Positions 40,273 to 50,176 of a stretch of 64,000 nucleotides of DNA are shown one piece after another (within the stretch, counting starts at the first letter, position 1; each line of letters begins with the position of its first letter). This DNA is from a virus (lineage: Duplodnaviria > Caudoviricetes). The translations under genes and the position numbers were made by a program. The DNA is taken from IMG/VR virus record IMGVR_UViG_3300046167_000798, one strand, 5' to 3'. The notes beneath the pieces were generated by a model, which saw only the letters and a program-made list of their open reading frames with translations, was not told where the DNA came from and did no database searches.

Positions 40273-42876
40273 TTATATACCTGCTTTTAATTCTTTTAAT
40301 TTTGTCTGTTTATCAGCTTTTCTCTTTTCATCTCGTTCTTTAATCTTTTTTAGATTCTCATCACGATTTGCTTTTTTAGTTTCATTTCTCTTCTTTTCTC
40401 TGTCTTCTCTAGCTTTTCTTTGAGTTTCTTCTTTTTCGTATTTCGCATCTTCTTCAGCTACTGCTTTTTTGTAAACTTCTTGTTGAGTTCCAATAGGGTC
40501 ATCTACATTTTGTTTTACCCAAATTCTATATTCTTGTTTACCAATAATTTGTCTACCCATAGTTGGACTGAAAATATCTGTTTGATAAACAACGAACTCC
40601 TTTTTAACTTCCTGTCCTTTTAAAGTACCAATTTGAGTAAAATAGAAACAAGGATTACCATCAATATTTGAAATTTTCTCTACACTATTTTCATCAAAAT
40701 TAGATGCAGCAATTCTTTCAGTTGCCCAATCATCTACACCCTTAGATTTTAGTTTTTCTTTCTTTTTTTCTAATTCTGTTCTAGTTTGTGATTGTTCACT
40801 TTTAAAAGTTGATGTTCCATTATCTGATTCTTTTGGTGTTTCTGAAGAACCTTTAGGTGATAATGATTTTGGTTTTTTATTTATACCATCATTACTTTTT
40901 GCTTGTTCTTCTTCAGTTTGTGGAATACCTTCGTTGTTAACATTAACACTAGGACTTGATTCTGTATTAGATTGTGCTCCTCCACCTATATTATCAGTAC
41001 CACCACCTGTTTGAGGGTCTGATTCGAAACTACTTTTTCTTTTTTCGTTTATAGATTTTGTTGCTTCATCACTTCTTCCATAATTATAAAGTACATTTTC
41101 ATCACCAGCAGATTCAATTAACTTAATTGTTAATGCAACATCAACAAGTTTTGGTAAATAAAGTCCATTTTGTGCAATTTCCCAAGTTCCATTATCAGGT
41201 ATATTATATGTTAATGATTCTATAAACCCTTGTTTATTATTATACATACTACCTAATCTAAACTGAATAATAGGTGGTGTTACATATTTTCTACTATCCA
41301 CCTCTCCACCAATTGTTGGATAACATTGTTTAGTTACAATTGATATCTTTTCCCACATTGCAGCCAATTCTAATTCATTATAACAGAACAGTTGTAATGT
41401 AAAAGTACAATTTCTTTCAACACCTTGGTAGGTATAAAAACTATATGGATTACCATAAAATTTATTGCCACTCCAAGAAGGTGTAACATTTTCAGATATA
41501 CCAGTTAAAGAAGCTCTGAAGTGTACAGAATTACCACCCAATGGTCTTATCCAAAATGGAATTAAATCAGAATTTTCTAAATCTTCTTTAGAATTACCTT
41601 CACCAGATATACCATTTGAATTTAATTTATCACTTCCTTTTGTAATACCATATAAAGAATCCATATTAGCACTAGGTTCATTAGAACCAGCTTTTTTGGG
41701 ATATCTCAAATCTATATCATATGGATTTTTAGAATATTGAGGTAATCTAAAAAATGATGTTCCTCTATCTGTTGAGTTTTGTGGTAATGTAGTTAAATCT
41801 ATTCTAGTAAATTCCCCACTTTGGTCATCATCTGTTGCCTCATCTCTAACTATACTTGAATATTTATTTTCTTTTGAGTATTCTATATTTGGAGTAGTAT
41901 CTTCTCCTAATTTTTTATTTTTTTCTTGACTTTTTGCTGTTTTTTTAGCTAAATCATCTTCTGTTTCTGCAGATGGTATTTCTAAATCAGTTTCTTCACT
42001 ATCTTCTGTTAGGTAAGTTTCTACATATTTTGTGTAAGGAGCATCTGAACGATATTCTCTATCACTATCTAATGAACTATTACTATTAGAAATACTTTCA
42101 CCTATTGTTTTTTTCTTAAATAAACCTTCTTTTGTTTTACTAGTTAGTTCAGATACTTTTTCTGTACCTTGTGATTGAATCTTACTAGGGTCAGCTTCAT
42201 TATTTTTTGCATTTCTTATTGAAGTTGAATATGATTGTTGTGAACTATATGGAAAAGCAGAATCTTCACTAGTTCCACCACCTAATATATTTTCTCCAAT
42301 AGATTGTGATTTACCTAAAAGAACATCTCTTGCTTTATCCTTAACTAAAGAAATACCTTGTCCTAATAAATTTCTACCAATTGTTTGAAAATTACCACCA
42401 CCACTATTTTTTAAAAACTTACCAAGTTCAGTTCCTGCTGCATCTTTTCGTATTTTTCCAAGTGTAATCATGGTATCAGGTTCTGCACCTTTTTGTAAAT
42501 CACCATGATTATCTACAAAAGTTGGAATAGCCGAAGTAGGTATTCCTAATTTTGAGTTAAATTTATCTCTTACATCACTTAGTGAGTTTAAACTTCCTCC
42601 TGTTAATGCTGCTATACCTTTTCCGATTAATCCACCATCTCCTCCTTCACCACCAGTAGAATCTTTCATCTTATCAAGTGTAGGGGTACTTCTTATTGCA
42701 ATACGAGTTGCTTCATTACCATATATTAAAGGATTGTTTATTTCAACTGCAGATTTGATTCTAATACCACTTGTTTCTTGTTCGACAAGAGTTTCTGTAT
42801 CAGATTTTAAAGAGGTATAGTTAGTACCAAAAATCCAACTTGATTGTCCTTCGTATATTTCTTTTAATGTTGGCAT
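40273..42876 (-). CDS. Tail tube initiator / baseplate protein (gp48/54-like core) with low-complexity flanks
   Basis: SENVTPSWSG..YTYQGVERNCTFTL..PPIIQFRLG..FIESLTY. Follows the tape measure gene. Confidence 0.65.
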   Translation of the reverse strand: MPTLKEIYEGQSSWIFGTNYTSLKSDTETLVEQETSGIRIKSAVEINNPLIYGNEATRIAIRSTPTLDKMKDSTGGEGGDGGLIGKGIAALTGGSLNSLSDVRDKFNSKLGIPTSAIPTFVDNHGDLQKGAEPDTMITLGKIRKDAAGTELGKFLKNSGGGNFQTIGRNLLGQGISLVKDKARDVLLGKSQSIGENILGGGTSEDSAFPYSSQQSYSTSIRNAKNNEADPSKIQSQGTEKVSELTSKTKEGLFKKKTIGESISNSNSSLDSDREYRSDAPYTKYVETYLTEDSEETDLEIPSAETEDDLAKKTAKSQEKNKKLGEDTTPNIEYSKENKYSSIVRDEATDDDQSGEFTRIDLTTLPQNSTDRGTSFFRLPQYSKNPYDIDLRYPKKAGSNEPSANMDSLYGITKGSDKLNSNGISGEGNSKEDLENSDLIPFWIRPLGGNSVHFRASLTGISENVTPSWSGNKFYGNPYSFYTYQGVERNCTFTLQLFCYNELELAAMWEKISIVTKQCYPTIGGEVDSRKYVTPPIIQFRLGSMYNNKQGFIESLTYNIPDNGTWEIAQNGLYLPKLVDVALTIKLIESAGDENVLYNYGRSDEATKSINEKRKSSFESDPQTGGGTDNIGGGAQSNTESSPSVNVNNEGIPQTEEEQAKSNDGINKKPKSLSPKGSSETPKESDNGTSTFKSEQSQTRTELEKKKEKLKSKGVDDWATERIAASNFDENSVEKISNIDGNPCFYFTQIGTLKGQEVKKEFVVYQTDIFSPTMGRQIIGKQEYRIWVKQNVDDPIGTQQEVYKKAVAEEDAKYEKEETQRKAREDREKKRNETKKANRDENLKKIKERDEKRKADKQTKLKELKAGI

Positions 42877-42882
42877 ATATTA

Positions 42883-45449
42883 TTATCCTGTGTTAGAAGC
42901 TCCGTATGCAGAGTTACTCATTTTACTTTCTGATTTTTTACCTATTAAATCAGTTACAATAGTTCCATCTATATAAACATCAAAACTTTTCTTTTCTATT
43001 GCCGATACAACTCCTTGTAATCCAGCAGTTATTTGTTCACTTATAATACTTAGTGATTCATTTTCAACAGATGATACTTCGGATGAACTATTATCACCTC
43101 CACCACCAAATGCACTAAATAACATTCCTAATCCTGCTCCAGCAACTCCTAATCCTAATAGAGTTGGTAACGCCGCAATACCAGCAACTCCCAATAATCC
43201 AAGTGAAACAGCTAATGCAGCAAATGCCGCAGATAACATAAATATTCCACCTACCATCGATATTAGACCAGTTAGATGTGGCCCAATTACAGTAAGTGTT
43301 TGTAATCCACTTGCTAATTGATTTAATCCAAATCCTAATGCCGCAACGGCCGCACCGATTAAGAACATTCCAGCGGCGGCGGTTAATATTACTGCCGCTT
43401 GAGGTCCACTAAATAATAACCCCAATCCAAACATCGCCGCAGTTAGTAGTACCATACCACCTATTGCCATTCCTATTTCTTTTAATCCAACATTAGAAAA
43501 TTCTTGTAATGCCTTTCCAAGTATAAAGAGTGAACCTGCAATTAAAACCATTGCTGCCGCACCTTTAACTACATCGGTCATTTTTATTCCTTTCATGGCT
43601 CCTGTTAATTTACTAACACCACCACCTGCTTTTCCACCAGCATCTGGTGTAACTGAATCGGTTATTTTTGGAGTATCTCCAACACCTTTCATTGCTCCAG
43701 CTTTTAACTTACCAAATAAATTACCTGTTTTTTGGCCAATTGGAGAATCTTTTATTTTAGTTCCAAGAGATGAAGCCAATCCTCCTAACTTAGCACCAGC
43801 TCCTCCAAATAGTTTTGAAACACCAGAAGCAGCCATCATTGTTAGGTTTTTAAGTACCTTTGCAGAGTTTTTAACCATACCACCCATGTTTATACCCATA
43901 TCCTTTAAGAAAGGAGATGCTTGTCCTGCAGCGATTGCAAATCCACCTAATCCTTTTAATGATTTACCAAGTGGTCCTGATGCAAATGCTGATAAACTTT
44001 GTGACCAAGTTTCAAATGTTGATAATTGCATTGTACCATCATCATTTAACTTATCCATGTTTTTAGCCATTTTGGAAAGTTCTTCTACTGATAATCCTAA
44101 TGCTTCAGGCAGCAGCTCGTTTCTCAATAACATTCATTTTTTCAAATGCAACTTGTCCACCAAGTTGTTTTATTGTTTCCTTAACTGATGCTCCAATTTT
44201 TCCTTGGAAAGCAAGTCCTCTTGCTCTCGTTAGATTTATATTTCTACCTAATATAGCTGATAGTTCTAATTCTTTTGTAATTGATGATTCAAAATCAAGT
44301 AACCCATCTGTTACTTTACCAAGTGTACTCATCGATACACCAAGTTTTGCCGCTTGAACTGCTGATTTAGCTAATTCTTTTGTTGCCGATTGCACCATAT
44401 GAAGCAAATAATTCTGCATTCTGAGCAATATCTTCCATTGCCTGTGATGGTATAACTCCTTGTTGTTTAGCAAAATCTTTTGTCTGTTGTGCTAAATCTT
44501 GAGCCTGTTTTGCGGTTAAGTTACCAGACCTTGCTAAAATACCTGTAAGTTTTGCAGCTGATTCTCCACTAATACCCATGTTAACGGCCATTAGATTCGT
44601 ATTCAGTTGTGTTCTAAAAGAAGTTCCCTCTACACCCGCAAATTCATTTGCAAGTGTTTTTGATACTGCCGCCGCATCATCAAATACAAGACCAAGTGCA
44701 GTTGTTTGAACTGTGGCCATTCCCAAGAATCCACCAAACTCTCTAACATTCTTACCAATAGCCTCTGCTGCATATCCAGCTCCTATTAAAGCTCCACCCA
44801 ATACTCCACCTACTGTTTTTGAAAGTAATGATGCAGTTTCAAGGATTCCTCCAATAGTATCCTTCATTCCTTCATATACAGCCATTTGTTTATTTAGTAA
44901 ACCTTGTTGTTTTTCTGTTAAACTAGATAGATTTTTTGCTTTATCAAATTTTTCCTTTTCTATATCCAATTGAGCCTGTGCATCAGCACCAAGGCCTTTC
45001 ATACCTTTCATGATATCTTGAATCTTCTGTTCTATTACTGCTTTTGATACTTCATCTTCTGCAGATAATCCTAGTAATTCATCGTTAAGTGAACGAATAG
45101 AACTAAGTTTATCTCTAGTACTTGAATTCATACTATCAGATTTAGACATCAATTTTATTCTATCTCTTTCTAATCCTACAAATGATGCTTGAATACCAGA
45201 TAGACCTTTTAGTTTCTGTTCCTCTTGCATTAAGGTAGATATTCTATCTGATTGGTTTTTCTTTGCTTCGGTTATTTCACCATTTATTTCTTTTAATTTA
45301 GAAACAATATCGTTATACTGTTTATTTGATTTTTTAAACTCAGCTGCTAATGCGGCGTTACCCTTTGTCTCTTGTTCTAAGAGGGATAAGGCTTCTTTTT
45401 TAAGTGTATTACCTTCTTTAAGTAAATTATTTAGCTGTTGTTGAGTCAT
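42883..45449 (-). CDS. Tail tape measure protein (~854 aa, inserted bases at ~44109 and ~44390)
   Basis: Coiled-coil N-terminus, Ala/Gly-rich amphipathic repeats, hydrophobic C-terminal third. Three ORFs fuse after deleting two bases. Confidence 0.85.
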
Positions 45450-45461
45450 CTATTAAAAGTC

Positions 45462-45668
45462 CTATTGTAAATCTTTTAACATCTTTTCTAATTCTTTAGA
45501 TGCTTTTTCTATTTGAGACATTTTTTGTACTACCTTTGGTGGTACTTTTTTGTTTTTCTTTGCAGCCTTAATTGCACTATTAGTTGCATTCTTTTTTAAT
45601 CCATCGAAAAATGCATCTGTGAATTTCTTTGTAGCCGAAAATAATCCTTCTTTTAATTCTTTTGCCAT
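45462..45668 (-). CDS. Small basic hypothetical protein
   Basis: 68 aa, with TATTTATA and AGGAG upstream. Confidence 0.7.
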   Translation of the reverse strand: MAKELKEGLFSATKKFTDAFFDGLKKNATNSAIKAAKKNKKVPPKVVQKMSQIEKASKELEKMLKDLQ

Positions 45669-45698
45669 ATGAGTTTCTCCTATATAGTTTTATACTAA

Positions 45699-45706
45699 TA
45701 TAAATA
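45699..45706 (-). promoter_or_regulatory. TATTTATA late-type promoter motif
   Basis: Between the terminator and the AGGAG of the tape measure operon. Confidence 0.6.
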
Positions 45707-45711
45707 TAGGG

Positions 45712-45742
45712 TAAAAAAAAAGTGAGGAATTATTTCCTCACT
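45712..45742 (-). terminator. Intrinsic terminator
   Basis: AGTGAGGAA-ATAA-TTCCTCACT followed by T9. The stop codon sits in the loop. Confidence 0.85.
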
Positions 45743-45969
45743 CTTACATTTGGTCCTTTAGCACCACCTTGTTTAGTGGCCTTATCGTGTTCCTGTTTTT
45801 CTTTTTTCTTGGCATCTACTAATTTCTTAAAGTAGAAGTTTCTCCAATGAATTGGCATCGAATATACTTCTGACCAAGTAAATCCATTACCATAGTTAAC
45901 CATTTCCCAAATTTGGTTATGTAGTTGTATCGAGTAGTTACTCGGAAGGGTAAAAAAACCCAACCCCAA
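45730..45969 (-). CDS. T4 gp51-like baseplate / tail assembly protein, possibly a frameshift extension
   Basis: FTWSEVYSMPIHWRNFYF. Overlaps the upstream gene across a T7 run and has no good ATG. Confidence 0.65.
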   Translation of the reverse strand: MGLGFFTLPSNYSIQLHNQIWEMVNYGNGFTWSEVYSMPIHWRNFYFKKLVDAKKKEKQEHDKATKQGGAKGPNVRVRK

Positions 45970-46708
45970 AGGGGATATCTAGGGCCTCCTCTTCTCCTGT
46001 TATGTCAGAGGTGAAATGGAATGTCAAATCCAAATCAGGTGAGATATCTCTTACATAGTTTCTCAAAGCTCTCGAATCACGAGCTAAAAGATTGTTTTTA
46101 ACCCAATTGTTGATAAAACCTCTATCGGTATTACCATCAACCTCTTGAATCATATATCTTAATCTTGTTGATACTTCTTGTGAAATAGGCTCACTTCCTT
46201 TTTTCTGAAGTCTTTGTATTGCCTGTATCTCTGCATTTATATCTCCCTCATCTTTATGAGTTAATAATTTAAATACAATCTTTTTCTTTGAAATTGGTAA
46301 TTCAAAGTCATATCTATTATCACCATTTAATTTAGAACTATCTACTTCTTTAATTTGTATTTTAGAAAGGTCTATTTGTACTTCTTGTGGTTCTCCACTA
46401 GAAGGGTCTATTACTTCTGCTTTGTATTCTGGTCCATATCCTAAGATACGAGTTGCTAAAAGGATTGCATTTTTATCACCGATGAATATATCACCAATAT
46501 CCAAACCTTCTTCTACTACCACAGATTCAAAGAGTTTATCGAGAACCACCCCCTTCCTTATCAAATTTTGTGAAGCAAGTATATCCTCTTCTTTAGCGGT
46601 CATATACTTTATCTCAACAGTACCCTTTGATAACGGGTGTCCTTCGGTGTACATTTTACCACCTGAAGGTAAATCTACTATTTCAGTAGGGAAATCAAAT
46701 TTTGCCAT
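45938..46708 (-). CDS. T4 gp26-like baseplate hub / tail assembly chaperone
   Basis: VDLPSGG..Y, IKYMTAKEEDIL, GDKNAILLATRILGYG, ends FFYP. Confidence 0.75.
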   Translation of the reverse strand: MAKFDFPTEIVDLPSGGKMYTEGHPLSKGTVEIKYMTAKEEDILASQNLIRKGVVLDKLFESVVVEEGLDIGDIFIGDKNAILLATRILGYGPEYKAEVIDPSSGEPQEVQIDLSKIQIKEVDSSKLNGDNRYDFELPISKKKIVFKLLTHKDEGDINAEIQAIQRLQKKGSEPISQEVSTRLRYMIQEVDGNTDRGFINNWVKNNLLARDSRALRNYVRDISPDLDLTFHFTSDITGEEEALDIPFGVGFFYPSE

Positions 46709-46730
46709 AACGTTAGTTTATTTATTTGTA

Positions 46731-46738
46731 TATAAATA
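46731..46738 (-). promoter_or_regulatory. TATTTATA late-type promoter motif
   Basis: 22 nt before the ATG. A second copy lies at 46803-46810. Confidence 0.55.
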
Positions 46739-46768
46739 TATAATATTTAGAAATTTAAAAATTAAGCA

Positions 46769-46797
46769 CAAAAAAAGTTCTCACTAAGAGAACTTTT
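46769..46797 (-). terminator. Intrinsic terminator after the tail tube gene
   Basis: AAAAGTTCTC-N5-GAGAACTTTT with T runs on both sides. Confidence 0.8.
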
Positions 46798-46823
46798 TCC
46801 TTTATAAATATGTTGAATATGTA

Positions 46824-47315
46824 TTAGAATTCTAAAACTGCGTAATCATAAGATAGTGTTAAAGTAATTTCAGCAGGGTCAGAGGCATTTGACCAATCTA
46901 AATCATTAAACACTGCATTGTTGATAAATGCACCTTTCATAGTCCATTGTTCAATTTTATCACCAACTGGTCCTAACATATAACATTGGATATCTTTCTT
47001 ATAGAAATCTGCATATCCATCTCTACCTGTTAAAGATTCATGTGATAATCTTACCCATTCCATTACTGCTTGAGCTCCTGAAGGAACGATAGGGTCATAT
47101 AGAGTAATCTCTACATCTTGCCATTCACCTTTTCCTTTAAGTTTTCTTTTAACGTTAATGTGGTCTAGTGTAACAGTTTCAAATTGAATTGAAGGTCTGT
47201 TTGCTGTTTTTATAAGATATGAAGGGATACCATCGATTTCCATGATGAATCTATTCTTCATCTTCGGTTCGAAGTTGGTATAAAACATATCGTTAAATTC
47301 TAATACTTCTGCCAT
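46824..47315 (-). CDS. Tail tube protein (gp19-like)
   Basis: EPKMKNRF, KGKGEWQDVEITLYDPI, ITLTLSYDY. Follows the sheath gene. Confidence 0.9.
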   Translation of the reverse strand: MAEVLEFNDMFYTNFEPKMKNRFIMEIDGIPSYLIKTANRPSIQFETVTLDHINVKRKLKGKGEWQDVEITLYDPIVPSGAQAVMEWVRLSHESLTGRDGYADFYKKDIQCYMLGPVGDKIEQWTMKGAFINNAVFNDLDWSNASDPAEITLTLSYDYAVLEF

Positions 47316-47341
47316 TTTGTTTTCTCCTAATTATATTCTAC

Positions 47342-47349
47342 TATAAATA
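47342..47349 (-). promoter_or_regulatory. TATTTATA late-type promoter motif (tail tube)
   Basis: Followed by AGGAG 8 nt before the ATG. Confidence 0.6.
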
Positions 47350-47373
47350 TAGTTCTTTTTTATTTTTAATTAA

Positions 47374-49745
47374 TTATGCCGAGAATGATGCCCCTGTCGG
47401 TAAGATGTTGAAGTCTAACACGATGAATTCAGCAGTTTTTGTTGGTTGTAAGAAAATCTGTCCAGCCAATATATTTCTGTCAATTACATCTGGTGTGTTA
47501 TTACTCTCATCCATCACCACTCTAAATGCATACAATCCTTGTCTTTGTTGTATTCCTTCTAAATAAGGATTCACAGTATTTAAGAATCTACCTCTCGTTT
47601 GAGAAGTGTTTTGTTCGAATACTAAGTATCTTGAAGTTGAAGCAATATACTTCTTAACTTTAATCATTAATCTTCTTACGTTGATTCTATCAAGTGCAGA
47701 TGCCTTATCTTGTAAAGTTTTTTGTCCGAATGCTACGATACCTTCTCCTGGGAACTGAGCAATTGGATTAACTTTTCCTTCATATAGTGTATCTCTCTCT
47801 GAATGTGTTAATCTGTTTAATACAGATACCGCACCTACGATACCACCTCTATTTAAACCAGCTGGTGCAAACCACTCAGCAGCAACCGCATCGTTGGCCG
47901 CATATATACCTGGCATCAATACTGATGGTGGTATAGTTGTTAGTTTATTAGTTCTTGAATCTATTGTCTTAACCCATGGGTAGTAAGAACCTACATAGTT
48001 AGAATCTATATTACTTGCCTGTGATGTAGCATCTGATATAGTATCTCCTCCATCAGTAATATCACCGATAAAGAATGCATCTTCTCTTGCTTCTACCATA
48101 TCAACTACTTTATCAAATACATAAGAATGTAATCTTCTTACTACACCTGGTGCAGATACTAAGTTAATATCGAAATCATCTGGATTAGATACTGAGTTGA
48201 TTGCCTTTACATAAGCAACTGAACCACTTGCAGTTGAAGTAGATAAGTTAAATCCTTGTGAGTTTCCAGCACCCCAATCAGAATCACCATATTTAGCTGA
48301 TTTGATATTTGGAGAGACTACCATCGAATCCACTTTGGAATCCTACGATAAATTGTCTTTTGTTAATAGTTGTTGCAGTATCTGATGTAGATAATGTATA
48401 TCCAAAGTTCTTAGTTGAAATAACACCATCCTACGATTGCAGTAAATGCCGCATCGAATGAGAAAGCAGTATTACCACCACTAGTTGCCGAAGCAGGTAT
48501 TGGAGATAAGTAACTGTTGTTATCAATTTTTACTACTGCAGTTTCTAAATCAATACCACTATATTGTATATTCTTAGAACCATTGTTATCTCCCGAACCA
48601 GTTGAAAATATAACTGATGGTATCATAGCTTCTGTTCCATTAGAACCAACATAAATTGGATTAACGTATGCTGCATGTCCAAATGGTGCAGCAACTATTG
48701 GGAATGAACCTTCATCAGAACATTCTACTCTAATAAATTTAGAGTTATTTTGATAATCACCACTCATGTTCATTTTACCAACTGAATCGATAGAAACGTT
48801 CATATCACCAATTCTTTTCTTAATATAGTTTGGTGATGCAGGGTCTAGGTTTACATTATTCCATGTTTCAAGAATAATTGGTCTTTTATGTGTATCAGAG
48901 TATCCTCTTACTACAACTGAGAATGTTGAATAATCAGTAGAGTTAGTAGAACCAGCTGCTTTTACATTAAAGAAACCTATTTTGTATTCTTTGTTGTAAT
49001 TAGTACCATCACCTAAAGTATGGAACTTAATTAAATTATGTCTTTCACCAGAAATCAACTGTGATTGTATCCATGGAGTTGAGGCATGTTGAATATCTTG
49101 TGTGAAATCTTGTGTTGCCAATTCTATTGATTTTACTTGAGAACCACTTTGTGATAAATACGATGTATGGTCAACAGCCGCTTTTTCAAAGTACTTGTGA
49201 GCATATGCTTTTTTAGAACCTCTAGCAGATTCTCCAAATACATCAGATATATCGTTTCCTGCACTTGGTAGTACAGATGAGGATACTGATGTTCCTATTT
49301 CTGAACCACTAATAAGGAAAGCTGATGCTGATGGTTGTGAATCAATGATATTGGAAGCTGTTGCAAATCCAACAGTTTGAGAACCTTGATGTGTTGCGTT
49401 TAAAACACCGATTAATCTTCTTCCACCTTGTGCGGTAGAACCACTTACTTCAATTCCTAAAGGTTTAACTTGTGAATAACCACCTTGATGACCAACACGA
49501 ACAATAGTTACTGTTCCTGCTTCTCTTAGGTAGTTTTGTACGGTATATCCTGTATAGTAATCTCCATTAGGTACACCAAATATTTCTTCGAATTCTGATT
49601 GTGTATTAACAACGGTTGGTACGAAAGCAGGTCCTTTATGGAAAGGTCCAATTATTGCTGCTCCAATTTCACCAATCCCTTGTGATAAGAAAGAAAGGTC
49701 ATTTTCTCTCGTAAATACACCAGGTGATACAATTTTTTCTGCCAT
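47374..49745 (-). CDS. Tail sheath protein, gp18-like (~789 aa, inserted bases at ~48317 and ~48430)
   Basis: SPGVFTRENDLS, YYPWVK, WFAPAGLNRG, FGQKTLQ, RINVRRL, PTKTAEFI. The gap 48334-48410 is open in the intermediate frame. Confidence 0.95.
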
Positions 49746-49788
49746 TTTATTTACTCCTTGTTATGTTTTTTGTATATGAATACTCTTA

Positions 49789-49796
49789 TATAAGTA
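49789..49796 (-). promoter_or_regulatory. TACTTATA late-type promoter variant (sheath)
   Basis: One mismatch to the octamer. AAGGAG lies downstream. Confidence 0.5.
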
Positions 49797-49823
49797 TTAA
49801 TAACTTTATTGAAAATATATTTT

Positions 49824-50108
49824 TTACTTAGTTTCTTTATTTTCAGAAACCGGTACGAATGTGTTTGATGATGGGTCATAGTTACCATCTCCATACTTTC
49901 CATTCAATTCTGAGAACATATCTTTCTCATTTTGTACTAAAGCTGAATGTTTATTTAACAATTCATTTTCTAAATTTTCAATTTCTTCTACTCTTCTTCG
50001 TTTTTCAACTTGTAATTGTCCTAATTGAACAAATAGATTAGAAACATCTTGTCTTAATGAATTGATTTTTCCAACTTCTTCTTCTGTAAACTTAATTTCT
50101 TTTGCCAT
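49824..50108 (-). CDS. Small coiled-coil protein
   Basis: 94 aa ending ELNGKYGDGNYD...TFVP. TATTTATA at 50143-50150 upstream. Confidence 0.7.
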   Translation of the reverse strand: MAKEIKFTEEEVGKINSLRQDVSNLFVQLGQLQVEKRRRVEEIENLENELLNKHSALVQNEKDMFSELNGKYGDGNYDPSSNTFVPVSENKETK

Positions 50109-50176
50109 TTTTAAAATATTTTGTTAACTTTTACTTTGTATATATAAATATATAGTTTTTTTCAAAACGATAAAAA

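Noticed and set aside
42883-49745. Split or pseudogenised tape measure and sheath genes
   Set aside because: Essential genes with no other decay. Each junction is fixed by removing one base.
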